Origin: Zancudomyces culisetae HAW-14-8
Lineage: Eukaryota; Fungi; Kickxellomycota
Assembly (NCBI GenBank): GCA_052426225.1
Contig: JBNJNM010000008.1
Span: forward strand, 248,001 to 312,000
Reading direction: 5' to 3'
DNA: 64,000 nucleotides
Under the pieces are notes generated by a model that was not told the origin of the DNA, ran no database searches, and saw only the letters and a program-made list of their open reading frames with translations. This document shows positions 50,486 through 63,107 of this stretch, piece by piece (positions within the stretch are counted from its first letter, which is position 1; each line of letters starts with the position of its first letter). Both the position numbers and the translations under genes were made by a program.

Positions 50486-51484
50486 ATGGAGATGCTGAAG
50501 ATGCATCCAGCTACGTATAAAAGACAAGGTGATGTACAGGTGACCATTGATCAGGCTTCGAGAGCCCTGTTGATATTAAATGTATTTTCACTTTGCAGCT
50601 CTACAATAATCATATACTGCATAATCTACGGACGAATAAGAGCAAAAAGGTTTTCAAATTATATCACATTTAGAATATCCGGTTGGATAGCTGTTGTTAA
50701 TACAATATACCATGGGTTGTTTATAGTGCTTTATATTAATCCAAATTCAGAAAAGATAGGAAAAGCTGGTGCACTAATCATTCTGTGGCTGCTCAAATCA
50801 ATGATGCTGTGTTCAGTATTGCTATATTGTGTCATAGGGCTTTGTCTTCAGTCAATCACCATCAATGCTGCCAAATATGACCCTGCAAAAAACTGGTGGC
50901 ACGAATATGTGGTCATAGTATTTTCTCTTTTGATAGAACTACCTTCAATCTTTTTGTTTGACGATGCCGTGTATATGAGAAAATACGGTGTATTTATGGT
51001 ATATGCAGAAGAATCATGGAAATATTTGGTTAGTAACTGGATTTGCTATTATGGAGTGTTGGGTTTTGCTGTCCTGTATAATATCCTTGCATCAATACAG
51101 GTCGGGATTTCGCTTTCTCCACTCGCCAAAAAAACAAGATTTCTCTCGGGTAGCACAGGATTTTCTGGGTTTTATAACTCGGTGCATATAAGCAAAGAAG
51201 CAGCAGAGAAAAGTAGAAATGCCATCAGATGGCTTTCTTTGTACCCAATCATCCCCATAGTTACTCAAATATTTCCTGTGGTATACCCGTTTTTTCTCAA
51301 TGTGACTGCATTTAGCTACTTGTCTATGTTTTTGCCTGCATCCCAGGGTATTTTTGAGCTTGTAGTGTTCTGTTTGAACCCGACGTTTACAAAAATATTT
51401 AGGCCTAAAAAAAGCAGAGGAGAACAAGATGGCATCAGCAACTTTAGCCTCTCCTCAGTTGATGATTATGACATGAGGATTTAA
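50486..51484 (+). CDS. 7TM GPCR-like receptor (Git3/cAMP-receptor-like)
   Basis: Seven hydrophobic segments, FRI after TM1, R-x-x-x-x-YP-I-I at TM6, and SQGIFELVVFCLNP in TM7. TATAAA about 75 bp upstream. Confidence 0.75.
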   Translation: MEMLKMHPATYKRQGDVQVTIDQASRALLILNVFSLCSSTIIIYCIIYGRIRAKRFSNYITFRISGWIAVVNTIYHGLFIVLYINPNSEKIGKAGALIILWLLKSMMLCSVLLYCVIGLCLQSITINAAKYDPAKNWWHEYVVIVFSLLIELPSIFLFDDAVYMRKYGVFMVYAEESWKYLVSNWICYYGVLGFAVLYNILASIQVGISLSPLAKKTRFLSGSTGFSGFYNSVHISKEAAEKSRNAIRWLSLYPIIPIVTQIFPVVYPFFLNVTAFSYLSMFLPASQGIFELVVFCLNPTFTKIFRPKKSRGEQDGISNFSLSSVDDYDMRI

Positions 51485-54400
51485 GATAGATGTGGTTATG
51501 TTTTATGTTTGCTATTTTAGAAGGTCTGGTGTCTACAATTACTGCTCTAGTAATTTTTTTTTAGTTTAAGTATTGAGTAATATTAGTGTTATAATAGAAA
51601 GAATAAAGTACGGATATTTTGTGTGAAATATATTGGGTGTATGTGTTCCGAGTAAAATCTTATGTCACGAGGAATAAAAAAATGACCAAAAGCACTATAT
51701 CTACAAATTGAGATCATGTGCACTTAAAAGCCGAACAATATATTCGCAAAACTGAAGTTGGATCAAGCCAAACACTTTTCTTTCATCCCAAACACAGTGT
51801 TTTTGTGCAATATTTTTGGGTCGCAGTTTTAAATAAGTTACAATAAAGAAAAAGATGATTCCAGTACAATTAGTATAATGTACTTGTTAATTATGTATTT
51901 ATTTTGTCCAAATTTTGTTTTTATCTAATCAGTGACATTAAATTATCCAGTTTGATGGAAGAATGCTATAAAGTTAAAAATGTTACCGTTACAATTTAAA
52001 ATAAAACAGGAAATAAAAAAGTAAATTGAAATAATATTAACTCCAAGACAGATAGGCAAAGATAATGGCTACCTAGTGGATATTAACCTAGATCTAACAC
52101 TACTATTTCAATCCGCATGCCATATGGATGAGTAGTTGTTGTTTCAAGGTACAATATATTTGTTGGGATTCATAGCTCCAAAGGGAAAGTGATAGGGAAA
52201 AAAATACATGAAAAGGCAAACGCTGATGTGTAATTTGTGAGTGTATAATGTTGTTTTTGTACTTTGATCATCTGAACAATTGTTTTTGGTGCTAAAAAAA
52301 TTGGCGCATAAAAACAATTTAAATATCTAGTTTTGAGGTAAAAGTAGAGGGAGAGGGAGGGAGGCAAGTTGCAAGAACTAGAAAATAAAAATCGGTAGGG
52401 TATGATTTTAATGCGTGGTAAGGAAGTAGAACAATTAGTAAAATAAATAAATAAAGTATGGGAGTTAAGGTACCATATAGTGCCAATAAAAAAGGACAAT
52501 ATCAACAACAACAACAACAAAAAACAACAACAAAAAACAACGACAGCGAAAGAGTGGCTTGAAAATGAAGGGGAGGGGGGGTTAAGCTAGAGCGTTTCAA
52601 AAATACACATTTATTTTATATGCAGCTTTATTAGCGAAATAACCCAATTAGGAACAATGGACTCCTTCCTTCCATATTCATATAGTGCCAGAATGTGTTG
52701 ACTGGATAATGTCGATTATGGGCACATTTTCAAAAGTGAAATATACAAAACAGTATACAAAAATATTTAGGATGAATAGAATGACAAGCTTAGTGAGAGG
52801 AGGAGGAGGAGGAGGTGGTGGTGGTGCCCCTACGCGACCGTGATGTGCTTTGTACTTGGGTGTTCTTTTCTGGTTTACTTCAACTTCTATTTATTTACTA
52901 CCATGAGTAAAAATCATTCTTGTGTTTGAAGAAAAAGTCTCAACCTATTCTAAAATGCAACACTGAAAAAGTACAATTAACTATAGTTGTATCTTCTAAT
53001 CATATATGATAGGATGATAGATGATACAGTTGTCACATGAATCGCAGTATTTGGGTATGTGCGCGAATAAAAATGCTGTATATTTCTTAAATGTATTGCA
53101 AATATTGACACGTGAATAGAAAGTATAGACTTTTTTCTTTCTTTTTAGAGACGATGGTCCCAAACAACAATGTAGAAGGAAAGAAAAAAAAGCTAGAGTG
53201 AGATTGAAATTGGTGATTTTAATTTTTGACAGAAAGAGGAGGCGAAATAAACAAGTACTATAACCAATGTGAGTGTGTGAGTGTATCTAGAGATAGATTG
53301 AGGTGTTGATACGGAAGTACAGTACGACTTTGTCCAACAACAGCTGTTATTTTGTGTTACCGTTATTAGAAAGTACACAATCACTTTGGATGTTAGACTG
53401 ATGTTTCTAATTATTTAGATATCTATTGCCATTGTGCGAGAAAGTTAGAAATGTAAGTCAAATAAAAATAAAGTTCCTAATGTTGATTAGGAAATGTAAA
53501 AAAAAAAGTCACTTCATAAAAATGGAGAAGCGGAGATGTGTGAACTTGAAAAGCTGTTTAGAATTTATTTAAGGGGAGAAAGAAAAAATAAATAAATAAA
53601 TAAATAAACAGGTTTGGAGCAAGTGGCGGAGAAAACAATTGGCGTGATTGATGAAAGCTGATAGAGAGCAATCAGTAGATATTAGCCCACATGCGGGAAT
53701 CCTAATCGATTATTATGAATGTTTGGATGTATTAGAGGGAAAGTGAGAAAAAGTTAGGGCCACGAGGATGTTTAGAAGGGTAAAGGGATGAGACATAATT
53801 CATTGTAGATTTTAGATAATTGTAATTAACAATGAAATTTGGAGGTTATCCCTAAATGTGTTATTGGAAGAAAAAGATGATGCTTAGCAAAGCAATCAAA
53901 CAACAAAAAAAAAATGCCAATGGGTTGTGGATTATTCGACGATAAAAAAAATAGGAATAAAGATTAAGGCCAATAGAGGAATAGAAAGCAAATAAAGCTA
54001 ATTCAGCATGACTATTTGGCACAATAGCTAAAATACTGCCGAAGAATAGAAATCTCGAAAGGGAGGATTAGAGTACAGATGAAGGCCATTGGAGATAAAA
54101 AAAACAAAATCTAAATTTGACAAATCAACATGCAAGAAAGCTAACGTAAAAAACAAAAAAAAAGGTAGAAATAAATAAAAGCAAAAAACGAAGGAAAGAA
54201 AAAAGAGCGATTCTTGGGTAGTTTAGTGACTTGCATTCTCCCTCCAAACACAATATTAGAATTCTTGAAGACAACAAGTTAAGGAGAAGAAAGGCTAAGA
54301 TGAAACTACTTTGACTATAGCTTGGCAGCAGTGTGCCTAGGTGGTGGTAGAGAGAAAATGGGTGTATTTATTTAGGAGTGCTGTTAAATGGCTTTTAGAA

Positions 54401-55867
54401 AGCAGGGTTTTAAAAAGTATAGGTTGAAAAAGGTTTGATGGGAAGAAAAAAAATCGGATTTATAAATAGTAACACAAAACAAATGTTAGGTAATTTTTTG
54501 TATTGTTGAGAGAAAATTTATTGTGTTATAAGTGGATTGAACATATTGGCGCTAAACAATTTAAGGGGAGAGGGGGGGAGAGAAAAGATGGTGAGGAAGG
54601 AAGGAAAGAGGTAAATAGGGAAGGAAAAAAGAAAGAAAGGTAGTGGATTAAAGTATATCATGACAATTTCTGTTCTATAAAAAAGACTGAGAAATAAAAA
54701 AATGATAATGTACGTCAGTAAAAACGTTCTAAAACTGAACTAATTTTTGTTTTGTAAAATCCGGAAATAAAAATTTTTTTCAGTAAATACAAAACAAGTA
54801 GATAATACAACCAAATATTTTATTTTATAGCGATAGGAAAGTTTAAAGATTTAATGCAACAAGTAATTGAAGGACAGAGAAAAAAAAAAGCGTGAGCAAA
54901 GCAAAATTTACCAGATAAAAAGGCGATAAAGTTTTTTTTTAAAGAATAAAGCGGGTTAAATTAATGCAACATAGTAGTAGTAAAAAAAAAGTCAGAAAAA
55001 CATCAATAAACTATGTTTGAACTGTAGAAGTGAATTAATTTTTATTGCTATATCAAGTAAGAGGTTGTAGGACCAGAGAATAAAAGGTACTTTCTTCTTA
55101 TTACAGAGGGAATAAAGAAAAGTGAGGCGAAAAAAGAAAAGAAAAAAGGATAAAGGGGGGGTGGGGTAAAACTATTTTGTAGTGAGACAGCTAACAAGGT
55201 AAAGTATTGTATACAAAGATTTGAGTATTGGTAAATGTTATTATGCGATGAGCCGTAAACTTCCTAAACTAAAAACATATAACTCAAGTATTGAAAACTG
55301 TATGATATGATATAGGACCGTTATTAAAACGAAACAAATTTAAAAGAACATTGTTCGTAGCGAAAAGAACCTCTTTTTATTTTATTTTATCTTTTTTTTT
55401 AAAAAAAAAAAGAAGCATTGAGTGAATAGGGATAAGAGGTTCAGACATTTTATTATGAACTAGAACATAAAAGAAAAAAGGAATATAACAAAAAAAACAC
55501 ACACACACACGCACACACAATCACACAACGCGTCGTCTAGACATACTTCAAGGATTTCTCTAATTTAAAAGACTTTAAAACGCAAGAAAGAAAGTGGTAT
55601 AGAGTTTATAAAATTATTAATCCAAAAGCAACGTAGAAAGTGAAACAGAAAGGCATAGGACAATTACTTTTTGGGATATTAGTTTTAGAAATAAATACAT
55701 CGAGTAATTGGATTATCTACAGCAAGATTGTATTATTAGAAAAATATCAACAGTAGAAAAAAAACAAGGCAAGGCAAGGGCAAGAGCAAGTCAAGTCAAG
55801 TCAAGTTTTGGAAAAAAGAAAAGGTTGGAGAATAAACCAGAGCTTTTAGAAAAAAAGAACAAGCAAT

Positions 55868-57748
55868 ATGGGAGGGCAGGAAAGAGAAAAGAAGATCAAG
55901 GAAGAGGGGGTGGGAGTTCGCGGGTTGGGAAGGTCAATATCTTTGGGAAACAAAATACAGACGCTATTTACCAAAAAGGCAAAGGAGGCAGGAGCGGTTA
56001 TAAGCACAGATACCCAAAAGCTAAAGCATATAATAGACAGGGTTCAAGCGGACGAAAGAAAGTATAGTATTGGATACAAGTCACCAATAGTAGGACCAGC
56101 TAATATGAAAGATCTGAAAGTAGAGAACCATGAGGTAGAGAGCAAAGAAGTGGATAGCAATGAGGAAGAACACGCAGAAAAGTATGAGGCAGAGAGGTAC
56201 TACAAGCCAGAGAAGAAAGAGAGCTTGATTGTAGTGGACAAGTTGAGTCTTCCATTTGCAACAAAAAAGGGACTTAGGTATGGAGCAACAGTGAAAGATG
56301 AAGAGGCAATACCGGAGATTGAAGAACCCAAGGACTTGCCAGAGACGGAGGCGACAACGGCTACAGGGTCTGATGGAATTATGCATGTAAGTAGTAGAGA
56401 GTCTGTGGAGGAGGTGATTCAGCCCGAGCCGGGATCGGCGCTGGATCTAGAAATCTCCAGGCAAAAAAAGGAACAAAAAGAAATGCAGGAAAGACTGAAT
56501 TCAATAGTGGAGGTGAAAGATAAGAAGCAGATGTTGATGGATATGGGGAGTTTGATGAATGCCAGAGATAGGGAAGCGGAAAATGATGTATTGAGCAAAG
56601 TAGTGAACGACAATAAAGTAGCAGAGGAAGTTAAAGTGGTGCAAACACAAACACAACCGCAAACACAATTACAACCACAATTACAACCACAATTGCAAAC
56701 AAAAAGCACAGCTGGAGCCACACTTCAGCGGGCGGCAACAACAACGGCAAAGATGTTATCAAAGCACGAATTCAATCTAAACAAATACGGCAGAACAACA
56801 AAAGTGATTGGAAAGGGAACAGGGGGAACAGTGCGGCTGTTGCAGGGCGCAGCTGTTGACCAGCGACCTCCAAGTCTGCGAAACGTGACAAACACGTCGC
56901 AGGCAGATGGAAGCGAAAACCACTGCTACTCTCCAGCAGCACAGAAGCTGTTTGCTGTCAAGGAGTTTAGACGAAGACGAGCGGACGAAACACCGCGGGC
57001 ATATATGAAGAAGGTTACATCAGAGTTTTGTATTGGCTCAAGTCTTCATCATGAAAACGTTATAGAAACACTGGATTTGATTTTCGAAGGTGAGCGGGTT
57101 TATGAGATAATGGAGTACTGTCCATACGACCTGTTCAAGTTTGTGGCTATTGGTGATCTGGCTCTAGACGAATCGCTGTGTTTGTTTAAGCAGTTGTGCA
57201 GAGGAGTTGAATACATCCATAATTTGGGAATAGCTCATCGGGATTTGAAGTTGGAAAACGTATTGTTGTCTGAAGAAGGAATTGTTAAGCTTATTGATTT
57301 TGGTTGTGCAACCGTTTTTAAAGCTCCGTTCCAAAAACAGCCAAACAAAGTTTTGGGTATCTATGGCTCCGATCCTTACATAGCCCCCGAAGTTTTCAAC
57401 AAAACCGTTCCTTATAATGCCGAGGCTTCAGATAATTGGAGTATTGGGATAATCTATTTGTGTATGTTTATGCTCAAGTTTCCCTGGAAAATTGCCGATG
57501 CCTCGCTCGATAAAAACTATGCGACATTTATAAAGAATTGGCCTCATGGAAGAGATAGATTGTTTAATCAGCTGCCAACCAAGCTGGATGATGATGCCAG
57601 ACCTTGGGTTACTGGCCTGGTTGATTTAGATCCCGAAAACCGTCCTCATCTTAAGGATATGATGGAAGCCAATTGGCTCAAAAATATAGATATATGTGTT
57701 CCTGGAAAGAAGGCCACTTCCCATACGCACTCGTTTTTGAACAAATAA
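55868..57748 (+). CDS. HAL-family (Hrk1/Sat4/Npr1-like) Ser/Thr protein kinase
   Basis: IGKGTGGTVRL, FAVKEFR, YMKKVTSEFCIGSSLHHENVIETLDL, HRDLKLEN, DFG and GSDPYIAPE. Confidence 0.92.
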   Translation: MGGQEREKKIKEEGVGVRGLGRSISLGNKIQTLFTKKAKEAGAVISTDTQKLKHIIDRVQADERKYSIGYKSPIVGPANMKDLKVENHEVESKEVDSNEEEHAEKYEAERYYKPEKKESLIVVDKLSLPFATKKGLRYGATVKDEEAIPEIEEPKDLPETEATTATGSDGIMHVSSRESVEEVIQPEPGSALDLEISRQKKEQKEMQERLNSIVEVKDKKQMLMDMGSLMNARDREAENDVLSKVVNDNKVAEEVKVVQTQTQPQTQLQPQLQPQLQTKSTAGATLQRAATTTAKMLSKHEFNLNKYGRTTKVIGKGTGGTVRLLQGAAVDQRPPSLRNVTNTSQADGSENHCYSPAAQKLFAVKEFRRRRADETPRAYMKKVTSEFCIGSSLHHENVIETLDLIFEGERVYEIMEYCPYDLFKFVAIGDLALDESLCLFKQLCRGVEYIHNLGIAHRDLKLENVLLSEEGIVKLIDFGCATVFKAPFQKQPNKVLGIYGSDPYIAPEVFNKTVPYNAEASDNWSIGIIYLCMFMLKFPWKIADASLDKNYATFIKNWPHGRDRLFNQLPTKLDDDARPWVTGLVDLDPENRPHLKDMMEANWLKNIDICVPGKKATSHTHSFLNK

Positions 57749-58720
57749 GCCTTTATGCTTACCAGTACTACTATTTTCATTTCTTTCCATTACTTTTCTT
57801 TTTTCTTTTATTTTTGCCTTTTGTCATAATATATTTAACTCTGATTTCATCATGCAAGCCATTCCTTTTTTTTCTTTTTTCTTTTTTCTTTTTTTTTTTA
57901 TAGAAAAAAAGAAGCTAAAACATATACAAAGCAAAAGCAAAAGACAAAGACGGATGTAATAATAATATATTACTGTAAAGATTACTGTGGGTGTGTAGGG
58001 CATTTATTTGCAAACTGTATTACATTCTACTATTTCAATATCATTAATCACTATACATTTAATTTCAATGTTATCCTACTACTATGTTATTTTAGAACTG
58101 TTTTGTAAAAGAAAAAAATATATATATATAATTACAATTTATCTAGTATTTACTATAATAGAACTAAAGGGCATCATAACCATGTTTATTAACAATCTAA
58201 TACTACCACTACTATTACTATATAAAACTTTTTCCCCCCCTCTTTTGTTTAGTATTAATTTTTATAGTTATAGTTATAGTTGTAATTGTAATGTATTGAT
58301 GGACATTGCAAGATGTAAACTACACGTGACTTGGAGTACAAATGTATTTTATTTTTAGGTAAACTAAACCAGATCAAAGAAAGGAGACAAAAAAAAAATT
58401 TTTTTTTTTTTCTAGTTTCTAATATTTTCTTTAGAGTTTGCAGGTATTTGTTGTACAAGAAAAGTAAAGAAAAAAATATAAAAAAAAAATTTTTTTTTTT
58501 TTACGAGTTGAATATTTTCTAACATTTTCATTAGAATAATAAAAAGTAAAAAAAAATAAAAAAAATTAAAGATCGAAAAAATAAAGGATATACAACATTT
58601 ATTACTTGTAAAAATTAAACTATCAGCAACAAAAAAAAAAACAAAAAATAAAAAACTATAATAATAATAATAATAACAATAATAGAAAAGTAGAAATAGA
58701 AATAGAAACTAAAGAATAAA

Positions 58721-61327
58721 ATGGGGGCAGTTGGTAAAAGAAACAAAAAGGTAGAGAAAAAGGTGGAGAAAAAGGTGGAGCAAGAGCAAGTTTATGACAG
58801 CGAACAGGATGGTAGCGTTTCCTCAATAAATAGTAGCGATTTGAGCGAGGATAGTGATGACGAGGAGGTAGATTCTGAGGAAATGGATGACGAGTATTCG
58901 AGTCTGGTGGAAGATTCAGATTCAGATTCAGAATTAGGATCAGAACTAGAATTGGACGTGAATTCCGATGCAGAGGAGGAAGAGGATGTGCAGTTGAACA
59001 GCTCCATGGAAACCTTGGATTTCAGTGCTGCAGACAATAGTGATGACCTGGTACATAAATACGATCTTGGGCGGTGGAAGAAGGACAGAAAGACCAGAAT
59101 AGCACAAGTGCAGCTGGAAAAACAACAGGAAAAGGATAGCGGTGGTGAGGATGAAAGTGAGGCTGAGGGAGATACGTTGGGAAATATTCCCAAGGAGTGG
59201 TATAATGAATATGATCATAAGGGGTATGATCGGGATGGCAAGAAAATAATCAAGCCAGAAGTAGCTCGACGCAAGGAAATGGCAAATGGTGCTAGTGTCG
59301 AGGATGGGAATAGCAAGATTGGGCAGTTTATGAAATCGTATAACGAGAAGGAGGGAGGAAAGAGTGGCGATTCGGAGTTATCAAAGGAGGAGTTACAGAT
59401 AATCCAGCAGATTGTGGAGGGTAAATATCCAGTGAAGGATTACGAAGAGTATACAGATACAGTGGAGTGGTTTAGTGGCAAAGTGATGGATACACCACTG
59501 AAGGACAGTGGAAATTCCAAGAAATCGTATATTCCTAGCAAGTATGAACATGCAAAGATTATGAAGATGGTAAAGTACATTAGGCAGCAACAGTATCAGG
59601 CAATTAAGGATCAAGAAAAGGAAGGAGCCAAGGATAAACGGGACCAAGAAAAGGGAGAGTTTTATGATATTTGGTCAAAGGCAGAGACACGAAGCGAAAC
59701 TGCCAAGAAGAGAGACGTTATTCCAGCACCAAAAATGGATTTACCACAGCATTATGATTCATACCATCCACTAAAAGAGTATATTTCTGAGGATGTAAAG
59801 GACTACAAGAAGCTTCTTTATCTTCCAAACATGGTTTCTAAATTATTGGAGGATAGATTCCAACGCAGTTTGGATTTATACTTGGCACCACGACTTCAGC
59901 GTACAAAGATGAATATTGATCCATTGAGTTTGTTTGCCAACAAGGCGATGGATGAAAACGAGAGTTTTATTATTGACCAGGACAAGTTGTATTCATTACG
60001 ACCGTTCCCAACGACACTTACGGTTGTTTATAATAAGGGAATACCAACAGTTCCAATGATGAGTGTAGGAGATAAGAGTAGGGAAAAACGGCTGGTTAAG
60101 AGTATTAGTGTGGATCCTAATGGCTTGTATTTGGCTAGCGGACATTCAACCTTTGGTATTGTCTGTATATGGGAAATTCAAACAGGAAATCTATTGGCAT
60201 CGTACAAGCTCTCGACAAGAGCTAACGGTGTGGTTGAAAAAGTAGCATGGAATCCATATAGACCAAAGAACACAGCTAGTAATGAACATTTGTTTTTGGC
60301 AGCATGTGTTGAAAACAAGGTATTTTTCATTTCACCAAAATTCACCAATCCATACAGCAAAAATAACGGTAACTTGGGAGCAGAAGGATATTACAAAAAG
60401 ATGTTTGAAAACTTGCCACCAACTAATGAAAGCAGTGGATGTTTCTATTATAAACCAACATCAGTAAATGGAGAACAAGAAGGAATTGAAGCAGTTTTAC
60501 AAATTGGATTTGATAGTAAACAAGGAAAAGAAAAGAAGGAAGAAGAAAAAGAAAAAGAGGAGGAAGAGGAGGAGGGGAGTGGAATAACAATCAAGCATTT
60601 TGATTGGCATAGAAATGGCGACTACTTTATAACACTGACCAACACAAACAAGGTGACAATCCATAAGCTGAGTAGTTTGGAGACAACCATTACACCATTT
60701 TCATCGAGTGGAAGTGGGAATGCAGTGCATATAGAGTGTGTGAAGTTCCATGCAAGAAAGCCAAATCTGTTATATTTGGTTACTTCCAAATCAATCAAAT
60801 GCTACGACTTGTTACAATCCACCAAAAAACAGTTGTTTGATTGCAAACCGACATCCAACGCCATCAAGTGGATTTCCACAATGGACGCTCATCCCCAGTT
60901 CGAAAACCATATTATTGTCGGTTCCTACGATAAGAAGTTCCAGTGGTACGATACCGATTTGTCCGTAGCTTCGCCAATCAAGTTCTTCAACAAGCTGCAC
61001 AGTGCTGCCATCCGCAGAGTCATTTTCCATAGATCATTGCCTCTGTTTGCTACTTGTTCCGATGATAATACTATCCGTATCTTCCACTGCACTATCCCTA
61101 CTGCAAAGAATTCGTCTGATCCTTCTAGCGACTCGGATTCGGACCAGGATCAAATGTCCTTGTTTAGCGACCCTGTTATTGTTCCTGTAAAAATACTGGT
61201 TTTGCCCCATTCCATTTCCGACAATAATAGTTCGGATGGTTTAGGTTTTCTTGATATTATGTTCCACCCAACAAAGCCATGGTTATTCAGTTGTGATTAT
61301 TATGGAAATGTTTTATTGTGGACATGA
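58721..61327 (+). CDS. ERB1: Ribosome biogenesis protein Erb1/BOP1
   Basis: Acidic N-terminus, GNIPKEWYNEYDHKGYDRDGKKI, PAPKMDLPQHYDSYHP, DRFQRSLDLYLAPR, LRPFP and C-terminal WD40 repeats (WHRNGDY, FHPTKPWLFS). Confidence 0.93.
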   Translation: MGAVGKRNKKVEKKVEKKVEQEQVYDSEQDGSVSSINSSDLSEDSDDEEVDSEEMDDEYSSLVEDSDSDSELGSELELDVNSDAEEEEDVQLNSSMETLDFSAADNSDDLVHKYDLGRWKKDRKTRIAQVQLEKQQEKDSGGEDESEAEGDTLGNIPKEWYNEYDHKGYDRDGKKIIKPEVARRKEMANGASVEDGNSKIGQFMKSYNEKEGGKSGDSELSKEELQIIQQIVEGKYPVKDYEEYTDTVEWFSGKVMDTPLKDSGNSKKSYIPSKYEHAKIMKMVKYIRQQQYQAIKDQEKEGAKDKRDQEKGEFYDIWSKAETRSETAKKRDVIPAPKMDLPQHYDSYHPLKEYISEDVKDYKKLLYLPNMVSKLLEDRFQRSLDLYLAPRLQRTKMNIDPLSLFANKAMDENESFIIDQDKLYSLRPFPTTLTVVYNKGIPTVPMMSVGDKSREKRLVKSISVDPNGLYLASGHSTFGIVCIWEIQTGNLLASYKLSTRANGVVEKVAWNPYRPKNTASNEHLFLAACVENKVFFISPKFTNPYSKNNGNLGAEGYYKKMFENLPPTNESSGCFYYKPTSVNGEQEGIEAVLQIGFDSKQGKEKKEEEKEKEEEEEEGSGITIKHFDWHRNGDYFITLTNTNKVTIHKLSSLETTITPFSSSGSGNAVHIECVKFHARKPNLLYLVTSKSIKCYDLLQSTKKQLFDCKPTSNAIKWISTMDAHPQFENHIIVGSYDKKFQWYDTDLSVASPIKFFNKLHSAAIRRVIFHRSLPLFATCSDDNTIRIFHCTIPTAKNSSDPSSDSDSDQDQMSLFSDPVIVPVKILVLPHSISDNNSSDGLGFLDIMFHPTKPWLFSCDYYGNVLLWT

Positions 61328-61841
61328 TCAATTAATTTAATTTATTTTTATTTTTACTCTTCTTTGATGTTTATATTTACTCTTTTTTTTTTTCTGTCTC
61401 TTTCTCAATCGTTACTATTAATATTAAGCAATTTAAAAAAATAAATCAACTAAATCAAAAAATCCGAAACAAACAAACAGTTAAGCAAATAAATAAATGT
61501 TGTAAAAAAATTTTTTTTTTCCATATATTTTATGTTTTGATTAAAGTTTATTGTAAACTGAATCAAAATTTATTATTGTACACCAACATCAATTTTTTTT
61601 AAAAAAAAACCAAAAAAAAAACATTAATGAAATATGTATATAAAAAAAAACATTAAATATTAAATTGATAAGAGTAATATAAAAAAAAAGGACCTCAAAG
61701 ACTTATTCAATCTTTATAGATTTATTAATTAATTTATTTTTATTTTTTTATTTTGGTTTATAAACACTTTTATACAACACACACAGACACAGACAAAAAG
61801 GGAAATACGAAAAAAACAAAAAACAAAAAGCCTCGATACAA

Positions 61842-62890
61842 ATGTACAAAAAACCATTAGTAGAAATTGGCTTGAACCAACGAGTAGTGTTTCAAAAGCG
61901 ATTTATTCATTTTACAAGTAAGTCTTGGTATTAAAATGACTATAACTTTTCCAGTTTACTGTTTACTGAATATCGATATGGATGTTTCTATAAAATCAAA
62001 ATTGAAATAAATAAATTTTAGATTCGGTAAATAAAAATAAAGGAGGGAGCAGAATAATTTTAAAAAAGGAAAATCATGAACGAGTTACAACGTCACAGGC
62101 CATCTCGGCATTCCAAGCGAGATTAGGAATAGATCTAGATCCAACAGTGTTGGAGACAGCGTTAACACATAAATCCTATTATTCAAACAACGACACGTCA
62201 GAAGTAAACGATACAAGTATTGAAAATAATGAAAAACTCGCAGGCTTGGGAAAACAGATATTATCACTTTATACAATGGAATATCTAGATGCCAAATTCC
62301 CAAATCTACCACCAAATGTTTTGGTAGGCTTGCAACAATACCACTTTGTAGGACTTGGACCTCTAAGTTCATTTGCAAAGGTTGTTGGATTGGAGTATTT
62401 GGTTAAATGGAAACCAGTAGGTGGACAGCCAGGATCACCACCAATTGCAGGAGTAGGAGAGATAGGAGGCGGAGGGTTAACTAAAGTACTTGTGAATGCA
62501 GTTCAAGCACTTATTGGAGCTATTCATAGTTCATCAATAATCAAATCCAAATCCAAAGCCAACGATAGCAATAACAATAACAATAACAATCAAAATGGAA
62601 ATGGAGATGCAGCAAAAGAATTTATTCACAAATATTTAATTCCACAATATAGATTATATGATAACCAATTCTACCTCCACAACAACACTACTAACGACAA
62701 CTTGACAGCAGGAAGCTCAGCAATTATAGCCAACTTGATGAACTGTACAGCATACAGCTCTACAAATCCTAAACGGGTTCTTAAAGCACTTTTGGATAGA
62801 AAAGGATTGCCATCAAAGCTACACTATCGAATCCTCAAGGAATCAGGTAGATTATCAGCCAACCCAGTTTTTATTGTAGGAGTATTTATT

Positions 62891-62924
<34 letters not shown>

Positions 62925-63103
62925 GTTCAACTCAACTAATCAAAATTGGTGAAGGGTTTGGAAGTAGTATCAAAATGGCTGAATTTAGAGCAACTAGACA
63001 TGCTTTGCTCAGCTACTATGCAAAGGAATTGAATACTTTTGATCTTCCTTCAAATCCAAACTACAGACCTAATAGGCTTGGTGATACCATTGCTATTCCT
63101 TAA
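61842..63103 (+). CDS. MRPL3: Mitochondrial ribosomal protein mL44 (MRPL3; RNase III-like plus dsRBD), 2 exons
   Basis: Exon 61842-61917 (presequence-like MYKKPL...QKRFIHF), intron 61918-62021, then AFQARLG...ALTHKS...NEKLAGLG...ALIGAI...PKRVL...ESGRLSANPVFIVGVF...GEGFGSSIKMAEFRA. Confidence 0.88.
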
Positions 63104-63107
63104 TCTT

